Source of the DNA: Vicinamibacteria bacterium
GTDB lineage: Bacteria > Acidobacteriota > Vicinamibacteria > Marinacidobacterales > Marinacidobacteraceae
NCBI GenBank assembly: GCA_963422395.1
Contig: OY729431.1
Span: forward strand, 1,568,001-1,632,000
Direction: 5' to 3'
Length of the DNA: 64,000 nucleotides
The position numbers and the translations under genes are program-made. The notes under the pieces were generated by a model. It was not told where the DNA came from, made no database searches, and saw only the letters and a list, made by a program, of their open reading frames with translations. Positions 18,715 to 27,824 of this stretch are shown here, one piece after another (position 1 is the stretch's first letter; each line of letters starts with the position of its first letter).

Positions 18715-19188
18715 TCAGGAGGATTCTCCGGGTTTCGGTCCGGAAGATGCGGCAGAGGAAGAGGTCGGGGCCGAACCCGAAGCTTCTTTGCCCTTCACCG
18801 GCGGCGCATCGTTCTTCCCGGACGGCGCTGCTCCCGCCGATGCTTTCCCGGCATCCGGCCCGGCTGGCTTCCCTGCCGGCTTTTCCGCTTGGCCGGAAGC
18901 TGGCTTTTCCGTCTGGCCGGAGGATGACTTTTCCGATTGCCCGGAGGCCGGGTCGAGCCCCTCCCGGATCTCTCCCTCGAGCCCGGAAACGGCGCTCCTG
19001 GCATCCCGGAATTCCTCCATCTGCACCTCCCGCTCCAAGGTGCTGCGGAGTTCGTTGCTCGTCCGCCGGAACTCCGCGACGCTCTTGCCGAGGGTCTTGC
19101 CGATCTGGGGAAGCTTTCGGGGGCCGAAAACGATGAGCGCCACCACCAGGATGATGAGCATCTCCTGCATGCCCAGAGGGCCGATCAT
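18715..19188 (-). CDS. tatB: Twin-arginine translocase TatA/TatB family subunit (TatB-like, long tail)
   Basis: MIGPLGMQEMLIILVVALIVFGPRKLPQIGKTLGK; directly upstream of tatC; true start ATG 19188. Confidence 0.85.
   Translation of the reverse strand: MIGPLGMQEMLIILVVALIVFGPRKLPQIGKTLGKSVAEFRRTSNELRSTLEREVQMEEFRDARSAVSGLEGEIREGLDPASGQSEKSSSGQTEKPASGQAEKPAGKPAGPDAGKASAGAAPSGKNDAPPVKGKEASGSAPTSSSAASSGPKPGESS
18878..18949. repeat. Three degenerate 24-bp tandem units in the TatB tail (SGQ[S/T/A]EK[P/S][A/S])
   Basis: ggcttttccgcttggccggaagct / ggcttttccgtctggccggaggat / gacttttccgattgcccggaggcc. Confidence 0.75.
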
Positions 19189-19302
19189 CAGCGGGGAGAG
19201 GGCGAAAGAGAACACGGCCGACCGGGATTGTAAGGAGCGGCGCACCTCCGCCGTCGACACCGGAGTGGGCGGGCTGGCCCTGTGCGCCAAAATGAGGCGG
19301 TG

Positions 19303-20100
19303 ATGATCCCGTCCCGGGCTTCGGAGGAGCGGGTCCCGCCAGAGCGCCCGGGCGCCGGCTCGCCGCGAGGAACTTCCCGAACCGGGGAACCTCCGTCGCC
19401 CGTACAGCGCCGAAACACGCCGGGTGCCATCCGGCGGATGTTCGAAGCGGTCGCTCCCGGCTACGACCGCATGAACCGGATCCTGAGTGTGGGGCTGGAT
19501 CAGGGATGGCGGCGGGCGGCCATCGCCGAGCTCCGCGCGAAACCAGGTTCCCGGGTCCTCGATCTGTGCTGCGGCACGGGCGATCTTTCCCTGCTGCTCC
19601 CCGAAGCGCTGCGGCCAGTCGGGTGCGACTTCACTCCGGCCATGCTCGAAATCGCCGGCCAGAAAGCGGCCCGCCGCGGCGCGCGCTTCGAGATCGTGGC
19701 CGGAGACGCACTCCGACTGCCCTTTCGCGCCGGCGTGTTCGGAGGGGTGCTGATCGGTTTCGGGGTTCGGAATCTCCCGGACCTCGATGTCGCCTTCGCC
19801 GAAATCCGCCGGGTGCTCGACCCCGAAGCGAGGCTGGTCCTCCTGGAGTTTTCGAGACCGCCCGGACGACTGGCCCGCTGGGGGCACCGCGCCTGGCTCC
19901 GCCACGCCGTTCCCCGGCTGGCGCGGTTTTCGCTCTCCGGGACCGAGCCTTACGGCTATCTGCAGGAATCCATCCTCGATTTTCCCGAGGCCGCCGAAGT
20001 CGCGGAGCGGCTCCGGAGGTGCGGGTTCGGCCAAGTCTCCTTCAAGTATCGGTCGTTCGGAACCGTAGCCATCCACACTGCCAGCCCGAAAGCGGGTTGA
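19303..20100 (+). CDS. ubiE: UbiE/MenG-family quinone biosynthesis C-methyltransferase
   Basis: MFEAVAPGYDRMNRILSVGLD..WR, LDLCCGTGD, GFGVRN, LEFS, YGYLQESI. Confidence 0.9.
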   Translation: MIPSRASEERVPPERPGAGSPRGTSRTGEPPSPVQRRNTPGAIRRMFEAVAPGYDRMNRILSVGLDQGWRRAAIAELRAKPGSRVLDLCCGTGDLSLLLPEALRPVGCDFTPAMLEIAGQKAARRGARFEIVAGDALRLPFRAGVFGGVLIGFGVRNLPDLDVAFAEIRRVLDPEARLVLLEFSRPPGRLARWGHRAWLRHAVPRLARFSLSGTEPYGYLQESILDFPEAAEVAERLRRCGFGQVSFKYRSFGTVAIHTASPKAG

Positions 20101-20160
20101 ATCCCGTGGGTCGGCGGGGGAGCTCTTCGGGATGGAGCAGCTGCACGGGCTCTCGTCCGC

Positions 20161-21531
20161 TCACCAGGGCAGGCGGAGGAAGCGAAGGGGGCCGATCTTG
20201 GGAATATCGGTCGGCAATGCGTTCATCTGCATGTGTTCTTCCCACGCCCGGCGATCTACTCCCGCCGCAGCTACCCGAAGCCCTACACGGCGCCGGTAGG
20301 TTCGGAGCAGAAAGGGCCCGGTGGAGTCGCCCGAACCTCCCGGGGCCGCAGCGAGCCGGCGGCCGACCGAACGGATCCGCACCGAGATTTCGACCGCCCG
20401 GACGATGTGTCCGTCGAGGCTGGCAGCCGTTCTCAGGTCTCCGGCGAATCGCGGTGGCGTATCGAGAGGGACATCGCTGCGAGCACCGGTCAGATAGCGC
20501 ACCTGAAGGTCCTCGACGAAACCCACCGGCTGCGGCGGGGTCTCGTCCACGCGGCGCATCAGCACTCCCCGCTCCTCCGCACCCGCCGCGCGGACCCAGT
20601 AGCGAATGCGCGACACCGGCACGATGCCCGGCTGCCCGAGGCCGAAGAGGCCGTACCCATCCGGGTCCTCCCCACCTCCGCCCGCGGAGCCGGGTTTCTT
20701 CCCCTTCCCCTTCTTCGCCGCCAGAGTCTCGATCATGCTGGCGACGACCTGATCGGTGAGTCCCGATACCACCGAGCTGCCGGCGCCGGGCAGTGCCGCC
20801 TCGATCACTCCGCCGAGCAGGCTCTGCAGTCCCCGCTCGAGGAGTCCGCCGCCGCTGCCCGGAGAAAAGGTGTCGGCGTCCACACTGGCGCGGAAATGGT
20901 GGTGCCACGCATCGGTCAACGGGGCGATGCGCACTCTCGCGCCCCTCGGCGGGGCCGGAGCGGTCTTCGCTCCGCTTCGGACCGCGGAACCCAGCCGGCC
21001 GAGGGCTCCCGAGCCGCTTCCCGAGACCGAAACGACCCGGCCGAAGACCCAGCGGGGCATCATCTCGTCGTCGTTGAACACCACGACCCAGGAGTTGCGC
21101 CGGGAGCCGCCGAGGCGGGACTGCGGCGCCGCCAGGGTTGCCTGCGAGCCATTGAAGCCGACCACCGGCTCGAACGAGGCCTCGACGAGCCGTTCGGGAG
21201 CCGCCAGGAAATCCAGTCCGTCCGGATTTCGGTCGCCAGCCCGGTCGAGATCGGTGAAAACGGGCACCTCGACCGGCAGGCCGGAGCCGGCCCGGAGGAG
21301 ATCGGCAGCGATCCGGTCGAGAACCGCGCGGCCGTCGTGCCGCATCGAGGAAATCTCCGGTTCCAGACGAAGCGACTGGCGAGCCGGCCCGAAGAGCAGC
21401 AGGAAACTGGAGGTGAGCAGGAGCGTCAAACCGAGAGCGACCAGCGCCTCGGTGATCGTGAAGCCGGCGGCCGTTCCGGATGCGGCCTCGTCCCGGCCTG
21501 CGAAACCCGTGGGATGTGTCATGGGAATCAC
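20161..21531 (-). CDS. pilW: PilW-like type IV minor pilin
   Basis: Class III signal G|FTITEALVALG followed by a hydrophobic helix; IAADLLRAG; C-terminal VEDLQVRY...VRAVEISVRIRS. Confidence 0.7.
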   Translation of the reverse strand: MIPMTHPTGFAGRDEAASGTAAGFTITEALVALGLTLLLTSSFLLLFGPARQSLRLEPEISSMRHDGRAVLDRIAADLLRAGSGLPVEVPVFTDLDRAGDRNPDGLDFLAAPERLVEASFEPVVGFNGSQATLAAPQSRLGGSRRNSWVVVFNDDEMMPRWVFGRVVSVSGSGSGALGRLGSAVRSGAKTAPAPPRGARVRIAPLTDAWHHHFRASVDADTFSPGSGGGLLERGLQSLLGGVIEAALPGAGSSVVSGLTDQVVASMIETLAAKKGKGKKPGSAGGGGEDPDGYGLFGLGQPGIVPVSRIRYWVRAAGAEERGVLMRRVDETPPQPVGFVEDLQVRYLTGARSDVPLDTPPRFAGDLRTAASLDGHIVRAVEISVRIRSVGRRLAAAPGGSGDSTGPFLLRTYRRRVGLRVAAAGVDRRAWEEHMQMNALPTDIPKIGPLRFLRLPW

Positions 21532-24500
21532 GAGAACGGCGAACGCCGGAAGCCCTCCACGAAGAGGGTCACGCTCTCCAGAGCGCCTTCGCGCACCTTG
21601 AATTCGAAATCTCCGATCACGGTATCGAGCACTTCACCGGCCGCATTGCTCACGCTGAACGCCAGGTTGCCCCGAGTCGACAACGCGACCCCGCGGATGC
21701 GCCCGGTACCGAAGGACACTGTCGAGCGGGATGGATGCAGCACGCCCGAGAGCGCCGTCCCGTTCGACCCGTCGAAGGCGTGCAGGCTGGATTCCCCGCC
21801 TGCGGTCTCCCGGACCTCGCAGGAGCGCTCTTCCCGCTCGTGGGTGCGGGTCGCGAGCACCACCTGTACCCCCGCGGCGTCGGTGAACACCGCCGGCTTC
21901 CCCTGCGGGCGTTCTCCCTCGAGGAGAGGCTTGCGCCATACCTCTTCGAAGCGGGTCCCGAGGTCGCGCAGCAGGACGAGGTGCGACGGTGCATGTGGTA
22001 CGCGCCGGTCGCCCCCGGTGACGATCAGCAGATGAGGCTCTGTCCGGTCCGGGAACGGGAACACCACCGGCGGCGTCAGGATCGGATGCTCTCCGCCGAG
22101 CCGGTATCCGACCCGCCACTCCCACGCTCCGGGGTCGGAGAGATCGAGCCGATGGATCTGGCCGTGCAGGTCACCCACATAGATCCGGGTGACCAGATCC
22201 GTGGCGTCCGCCGAACCCCAGGATGGCCGCCATCCTGCCGCGGGAGTGATGGCTCCATTCTTCTCAATGACCGCAGACGGGGCCGGAGGGATCGGAAAGC
22301 GCGCGGCTACGCCTCCGTTCTCCAGCTGGAATGCGAACAAGGACTCTCCAGCCGCCTCGCCCGGGTGTCCGGCGCCGCCGGGAACGAAGGCCAGCCACGC
22401 ACCCCCGTCGGACGCGGGCACTTCGACGATGAGCGGCTCCGGCGTTTCGCCGAGGCCTTCGAGGCCCGTCGCCGTCCGGCGGTTCCCGATGTTGAACAGC
22501 AAGCGGGGCAGCCCGGGCCCGGCCTCCGGCGGCCGGGGTGGGGCATGGCCGCCGCTCCAACCGTCGCCCACCGCCGAGATGTCGAGCGCGGTGAGGAATC
22601 GGCCTCCCACGAAGCGGCCGAAGGAGAGCACGGTGCGCCACTGTTCGTCCTCGGGGAAGAAGGCGTCGCGGACCACCGGCGAACCAGCCAGCGCGAAACG
22701 GTTCCAAAGGCCCCGGCGTAATCCCGACCGCTCCGGGAGAGCAGCGAGCACCAGCTCCCGGAGGAAGGCCCTGCCCGGGGCCCGTTCGCCCGGCGCCGGC
22801 CCGAGCACATCGTCGGGGATGTAGGCGAAGATCTCCTCGCCGCTGTCGCCGGCGAATGCGTGGAGCAATCCGCCGCTGGTGGGCAGATACAGCATGGTGC
22901 GGCGGTTCACATGCTGCTCGAAGAACCGGCGATAGCGGTCGCGGTTCCTCGACACCCGCTCCGGGTGGAGGGGAGGGTTCGTCACCACCGCGGGAGAGGC
23001 CAGCCCCTCGCGGAGTTTCCAGGTGCCGCGCCCGCCGCCGAAGTGGAGACGGCCTGCCGGGTCGTACATCGTTCCGGTATCCGGATGGAGCGACAGTTCT
23101 TCTCCCCGCACGAGACGGACGACGATTTCGGCCGCGTCCGCTGCGGTACGCGCTCCGGTGCCATCCCATTCGCCGAGGTATCCCGCGCCGACCCCAAGAT
23201 CGGCGGCCGTCACCTCCCCGGTGCGGAAGGCTCGCAGCCTCGTGCTTCCCGGGCGGTTGAACAGCACGACCCGGTCCGCCGGGTCGCGCCGCGCGAGACG
23301 GAGCCCAGCATCCCAGATCGGCGACTCGGGCAGGTCTTCGCCGCCGCCTCGAGGAGTGGGGAATGCGCGGAGGTGGCCGCGAAGCCTCGTCATCTCGGCG
23401 CCGGTGACGATCAGCACATTGTCGGCGTACGACCAACGGAGCTGCAGGACCTTTTCGAGCTGTTGCGGATCGCCCGGGTCGGCGACCAGTGCGTCCCGGG
23501 CGATCCGCGGATCGCTCCCCGGGAAATCCGGGGACGGAGAATCGGCGACGAGCTCCTTCACGGTGCCGAGCCGAGGAGCCGCGAGTCGAGCCTCGCCCCC
23601 GGGCAGCGTCGTTTCGGCGATGACCTCGGCGAGGGCCTCCCGGAGCTCGTCGGGGCGGTCCACATGGATCGCCGAGGTGCGGAGACCCGATGCCATCCAG
23701 GCCAGATGGTTCGTGTAGCCGCGGGTCTTCGCATCGGACATCGCCACCCCCACGACATGGATTTCTCCCAGGCCGGCATCCGGGTCGCCGCCGTTCATCG
23801 CTCGATGAGCCGCTTTCGCTTTGAGGCCGGCGTTGAAGGTCGCAAATCCGTCGCGGGACGGCCCCGGATAGCGGATCGGCTCCGGACTCGCTGCTCCGGT
23901 ACGGAGCCACACCTCTCTTGCGTTCCCCGAGCCGGGCGGCCCTTCGTTGAAGTCGAGCCAGGGATGGAAGACGCATTCACAGGTATCGATCCCATCGGTG
24001 ATCAACACGATGATGTTCTTCTGCCCCGGTTGAAGGTCGTCGAGCGAGTTCTCCGCGATGTGGGCCGCCAGTTGGTAGAGGGCGATGCCGTTCGGGGTGC
24101 GGTTCGTGTTCGGTTCCCGGGAGAGGCTTCGTATCAGGGCGCGGCGCTCTTCCAGCAGGTCGCAGCCCGTGGGTTCGAAAAGCACTTCCGCCCCGCCGCA
24201 GCGGACCGGGCTGCGCGGCGGGCCCGGCGGCGATCCGAAGGGCAGACCCGCCCCCTCGGTCGGGTCCTTGCAGATGTCCTCGCGCGAAGTCCCTCCGTCC
24301 TCGGTGGAGCGGAACCGCTGAAAAGCAGCCAGGCGCCAGTGGACGAGGGGCTCGCCGTCATCGGATTCGAGAGTCCGCGCCACCCGCTGGATCACTTCTC
24401 GCGCCGCCGAAAAGCGGGTGCCTCCGCCCAACGCTTCGCGCATGGATGTCGAAGTATCCAGAAGGACCCACACCCGGGGGCGGGTCAGGGAGCGCACGAT

Positions 24501-24671
24501 TCCGAGAGGATCCCGGCCGCGCTCTGCTCCCTGAGCGATGTCGGACGCGGAGCCGAGGGAAGCCTCGACAGCCGGCGGTCCCGAGGGAATGGCGAGGCAC
24601 CAGAACAGGACCGCTGCCAGGACGAGGCGCAGGATCGAATCGAGGCGCGGCCTCGAGGCTTCGTGTTGCAT
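21528..24671 (-). CDS. pilY1: PilY1-like adhesin (vWA + beta-propeller)
   Basis: MIDAS-like LLDTSTSM, LITDG, Cys-rich N-terminus; GLLHAF..DSGEEIFAYIP, GSPVVRD, IYVGDLHGQIHRLDL. ATG 24671 is preceded by GGAAGG. Confidence 0.85.
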   Translation of the reverse strand: MQHEASRPRLDSILRLVLAAVLFWCLAIPSGPPAVEASLGSASDIAQGAERGRDPLGIVRSLTRPRVWVLLDTSTSMREALGGGTRFSAAREVIQRVARTLESDDGEPLVHWRLAAFQRFRSTEDGGTSREDICKDPTEGAGLPFGSPPGPPRSPVRCGGAEVLFEPTGCDLLEERRALIRSLSREPNTNRTPNGIALYQLAAHIAENSLDDLQPGQKNIIVLITDGIDTCECVFHPWLDFNEGPPGSGNAREVWLRTGAASPEPIRYPGPSRDGFATFNAGLKAKAAHRAMNGGDPDAGLGEIHVVGVAMSDAKTRGYTNHLAWMASGLRTSAIHVDRPDELREALAEVIAETTLPGGEARLAAPRLGTVKELVADSPSPDFPGSDPRIARDALVADPGDPQQLEKVLQLRWSYADNVLIVTGAEMTRLRGHLRAFPTPRGGGEDLPESPIWDAGLRLARRDPADRVVLFNRPGSTRLRAFRTGEVTAADLGVGAGYLGEWDGTGARTAADAAEIVVRLVRGEELSLHPDTGTMYDPAGRLHFGGGRGTWKLREGLASPAVVTNPPLHPERVSRNRDRYRRFFEQHVNRRTMLYLPTSGGLLHAFAGDSGEEIFAYIPDDVLGPAPGERAPGRAFLRELVLAALPERSGLRRGLWNRFALAGSPVVRDAFFPEDEQWRTVLSFGRFVGGRFLTALDISAVGDGWSGGHAPPRPPEAGPGLPRLLFNIGNRRTATGLEGLGETPEPLIVEVPASDGGAWLAFVPGGAGHPGEAAGESLFAFQLENGGVAARFPIPPAPSAVIEKNGAITPAAGWRPSWGSADATDLVTRIYVGDLHGQIHRLDLSDPGAWEWRVGYRLGGEHPILTPPVVFPFPDRTEPHLLIVTGGDRRVPHAPSHLVLLRDLGTRFEEVWRKPLLEGERPQGKPAVFTDAAGVQVVLATRTHEREERSCEVRETAGGESSLHAFDGSNGTALSGVLHPSRSTVSFGTGRIRGVALSTRGNLAFSVSNAAGEVLDTVIGDFEFKVREGALESVTLFVEGFRRSPFS

Positions 24672-24715
24672 GGCCTTCCTCCGTGGAAGAGTCGCTTCGG
24701 AAAAGGAGATCCCGG

Positions 24716-25516
24716 TCAGGGGGAGCCCCGAACAACGCCGCCCGAGAGCGACCCGCGGACCCAAGTGGTGAGACCGTCGCCGTATTCACCGGCGCTGTCC
24801 TTCCCGGAATCGGGTCGGCGCGCGAGCCGCAGGGTCAGCTCGAGTCGGCTGACTGCGTGCGGTGTCTCCGGACGGGCGGGCGGCGGATAACGGGCTTCGG
24901 CGGTGAGGATGGCCCGGTCGTGCGGCGGACCGGCGTCGGCGGCGCCGACCACCGGACGACGGATCCAGACGGTCACTCCGGCCAGATCGGGGCTCCGGTC
25001 ACCGTCGAGATCCGGCGCCCATGCCGTTTCCGGAGCCCGCGGGTCGAAGAGCAGGGCCCGGCCGCCGGGATCCCGCAGGACGCGGCCCACATAGACGCGG
25101 GAGTTCCCTCCGGCCATCAGCTGGTCACGGAACCATTCGTAATCCCGGCAGCCCGGGCGGCCGGGGTCCCGGCACGCGGCGCCGTCCGCCGGGCGCGCCG
25201 TTCCCCACGCCGCTCCGACGGCAGTCCGGATCGAACTGCGGGCCGGCGGCAGCGCCGCCTCGAAGTCGTCGCCCTCGCGGACATACGCTGCGAGCAGGAC
25301 CTTCGCCGCTTCGAGTCCCGCTTCGGCCTGCGCCGCAGCCTCCTCCGCCCACCGTTCGTTGCGGGCCACCTGGCTTTCGGAGGTGACGGAAACCAGTATC
25401 ACCGCGCCCATGCCGGCGAGAGCAAGGACCGCCAGCATGGCGATCACCAGGGCGACTCCGCGCTCGGGACCCCGGTTTTCAGCAGCCTCGGAGCCCGAAT
25501 TCCACCGTCTATTCAC
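24716..25516 (-). CDS. pilX: PilX-like minor pilin
   Basis: ERG|VALVIAMLAVLAL (no E5, typical of PilX); A...AEAGLEAAK; GTG 25516 overlaps the end of pilV. Confidence 0.75.
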   Translation of the reverse strand: MNRRWNSGSEAAENRGPERGVALVIAMLAVLALAGMGAVILVSVTSESQVARNERWAEEAAAQAEAGLEAAKVLLAAYVREGDDFEAALPPARSSIRTAVGAAWGTARPADGAACRDPGRPGCRDYEWFRDQLMAGGNSRVYVGRVLRDPGGRALLFDPRAPETAWAPDLDGDRSPDLAGVTVWIRRPVVGAADAGPPHDRAILTAEARYPPPARPETPHAVSRLELTLRLARRPDSGKDSAGEYGDGLTTWVRGSLSGGVVRGSP

Positions 25517-26030
25517 GATTCGCCACCCGCACCGATCGAAGGCGCACCACCGGGCCGCGCCCTCCGGAAGACGGCATCGCGACGACTTCGAAACGGAGCG
25601 CGGCCAGCCGGTCCGAGCCGGCCGCCGAAAGCTCGGAGACGCGCCAGCGAACCTCGTAGAACGCCGAGTCCTGCGGTGTCCGTCCGCCGTCCTCCGCCCA
25701 GTACTCCACATATCCTGCGGTCCCGGCACCGGTGGTTGCGACGCTGCCGCCGGGCGCTACCGCCTCGTGATAGCCGGAAAGCGGCCAACTGCGTCGGAGC
25801 GGCGCAGTGAGAAGCTGCTCTAGCCGGGCGCGGGCGAGCCGGGTGGCGAGACTGGTGTCGGCCGCTGCCCGCCCGGCACGGGAGGATGCCGAAATGGCGC
25901 GGACCAGGCCGCCCGCCGCGAATGTGAGCAGGAGGGCCGCGAAGAAGGTCTCGATCAGGGAGAACCCCGCCGCTCCAGCTGCCGTTCGCGAAGGTCGAGG
26001 CGCGGACCGCTTCGCCGATAGATACTTCAT
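25509..26030 (-). CDS. pilV: PilV-like minor pilin
   Basis: AG|FSLIETFFAALLL; A..LARARLEQL; YEVRWRV. Confidence 0.7.
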   Translation of the reverse strand: MKYLSAKRSAPRPSRTAAGAAGFSLIETFFAALLLTFAAGGLVRAISASSRAGRAAADTSLATRLARARLEQLLTAPLRRSWPLSGYHEAVAPGGSVATTGAGTAGYVEYWAEDGGRTPQDSAFYEVRWRVSELSAAGSDRLAALRFEVVAMPSSGGRGPVVRLRSVRVANRE

Positions 26031-26302
26031 GGATTCCCTCGTTACCCAATAGAGACGGAAACCGCGGCGATTTCTTCCCGCTTCGGGCGCCTTTGGGGAA
26101 AAGTCGTATCGATAGAGTGAAAATTCCGACGGCCTCATGAGGATTCGATACCTGGAGTCCGGGGCAGAGCCGAAGCGGCACCGCCGTTTTTCTTTCTCCC
26201 CCGTGGTTCCCCAAATGTCGTTTCCCAGACGATCCAGCAAGGCGACCTTCCCCAGAGGCAGCCGGTTGCCGGCGCGCGTCACCCCGCCGACCCGCCGGCG
26301 AG

Positions 26303-26331
26303 TTGACGCCGTAGCGGGGGATTGCTAGCGT
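26303..26331 (+). promoter_or_regulatory. Candidate sigma70 promoter for tRNA-Val
   Basis: TTGACG - 17 bp - (TGc)TAGCGT, about 70 bp upstream of the tRNA. Confidence 0.5.
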
Positions 26332-26402
26332 CCCCCGCCTTGCTGCCGGGAGCGGCGCTGTTCTCCAGAGCGCCCGCAAGGCCCCGGCGGAAGCCGGGAA
26401 AT

Positions 26403-26477
26403 GGGCGATTAACTCAGCGGGAGAGTGCTACCTTCACGCGGTAGAAGTCGCAGGTTCGAATCCTGCATCGCCCACCA
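26403..26477 (+). tRNA. tRNA-Val(CAC)
   Basis: GGGCGAT/ATCGCCC acceptor stem, anticodon arm CTACC-TTCACGC-GGTAG, T-arm GCAGGTTCGAATCCTGC, encoded CCA. Confidence 0.95.
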
Positions 26478-26514
26478 TCGCTGCCGATCCGAAGAAACCC
26501 GGCGGGAGGATCGA

Positions 26515-27324
26515 TCAGGGCAAAAAGCCCGCCAGATACCGGCCCCAGGCCGGAGCGAGCGCTGCCTTGAGGATTCCGTCGGCGAGCAGCATGCCTCCCG
26601 CCGCCCAGAGCAGCCGGCCGCGGCCCGGCTGGAGTGGTACTTCGACCTTCCCCAGGCGGCGAACGAGCGGCTCGGCGGTGACCACTCCGAGGATCACGAA
26701 GGCCGCCACCCGGCAGAGGGACCACGGGAACCACGCGAGCACTGCGGGGACACCGCTCGAAGCCGCGGCGAAGGAGGCGACGAAGAAGTTCATGAAGTTC
26801 ATCATCACGGCCCCCATCAGCAGTGCGAGTGCCCCGCCGCTCACCAGAGAGAGTGGCAAGAACAGCGCCAGCCGCTGCAGGTGGATCGGCAAGAAGAGCC
26901 GCAGGTCCCCTTCCGCGCCCTCGCCGGTCATGAGCCAAGCCATCATTTCGCTCCGGTAATCCGTCCCGCGCAGGACCGCCGCTTCCGCCGCTTCGGGAGC
27001 GAACGCCATCACGACCGGCCCGAAAACCATCACCGCGAGGGTCCAACCCAGCATCAGACCGAGCGCCTGCCGCCGCTCCCCTTCCCGGAGATAGTTCCAA
27101 AGCGCCCGGATGGCCGGCCCGGCGATCAGAAACGGAAGGAGCCAACGCGCAAAGCCGAACCCGAACGACGCCAGCCAGAACCCGAAGGCGTAACCGAACG
27201 GCACGCCGCCGATCAGCAGCAGCAGATCGCGCCGGAACGCCAAGCCGATTCTCCTGTCCGCGAAAGAGGACCCGGCGGCGCCCAGATGGTCAGCGGCCTT
27301 CCCGACTCTTTCGCGCCCGGTCAT
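26515..27324 (-). CDS. Conserved multi-pass membrane protein (possibly SpoIIM-like)
   Basis: 269 aa with several TM helices; its ATG overlaps the PIN gene stop. Confidence 0.6.
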   Translation of the reverse strand: MTGRERVGKAADHLGAAGSSFADRRIGLAFRRDLLLLIGGVPFGYAFGFWLASFGFGFARWLLPFLIAGPAIRALWNYLREGERRQALGLMLGWTLAVMVFGPVVMAFAPEAAEAAVLRGTDYRSEMMAWLMTGEGAEGDLRLFLPIHLQRLALFLPLSLVSGGALALLMGAVMMNFMNFFVASFAAASSGVPAVLAWFPWSLCRVAAFVILGVVTAEPLVRRLGKVEVPLQPGRGRLLWAAGGMLLADGILKAALAPAWGRYLAGFLP

Positions 27325-27824
27325 CGCCGCTTCCGGCCTGCTTCCATGAGTTCGGGGCAGAGAAATTCCAGGCGGATCCCGTGCCTTTCCAGGTCATGCC
27401 GATGATTCCACCAGTCGGTGTCCGAAGCATTCAGGATCGGGGGGTTTTCTCCACTCGCAACGGCCACCGCGACGAACTTCCGATCATCGCGGTCGAAAGC
27501 CGCCAGCGCCTCGTCCTCGGGGAATTCTGCGAAGGTTCGCGCGTCATGCGGTTCGATCTCGAACATGACACAGAGGTCGGAGTAGCTCTGATGATCCCAC
27601 AGCCATCTGAAGAACTCGTGGCCGGGCCCCGGCTCTGCCGACCAGTTCCTCCGGTCGAGATATTCCTCGAATATGTACCCGCCCCGGTCGAGTGCGACCC
27701 TTTCCTCTTTCCGGATCTTCTGCATCCGTTCGATGCACCGGATGACACAGTCCGGACCGGCCTGATCAGCGCAACGGTTCGCCACCCGGGCCACATTGGT
27801 ATCCATGACCACGAGCGGCTTCAC
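27321..27824 (-). CDS. PIN-like domain protein
   Basis: N-terminal VVMDTNV, EEY, DRDDRKFVAVA, ILNASDTDW: acidic PIN-type residues. Confidence 0.7.
   Translation of the reverse strand: MKPLVVMDTNVARVANRCADQAGPDCVIRCIERMQKIRKEERVALDRGGYIFEEYLDRRNWSAEPGPGHEFFRWLWDHQSYSDLCVMFEIEPHDARTFAEFPEDEALAAFDRDDRKFVAVAVASGENPPILNASDTDWWNHRHDLERHGIRLEFLCPELMEAGRKRR

Noticed and set aside
19189-20076. Large N-terminal extension of TatB
   Set aside because: Antisense to ubiE; TatA/B proteins start at the TM helix.
26031-26300. c-di-GMP riboswitch upstream of the pilin cluster
   Set aside because: GEMM consensus elements were not found on the minus strand.
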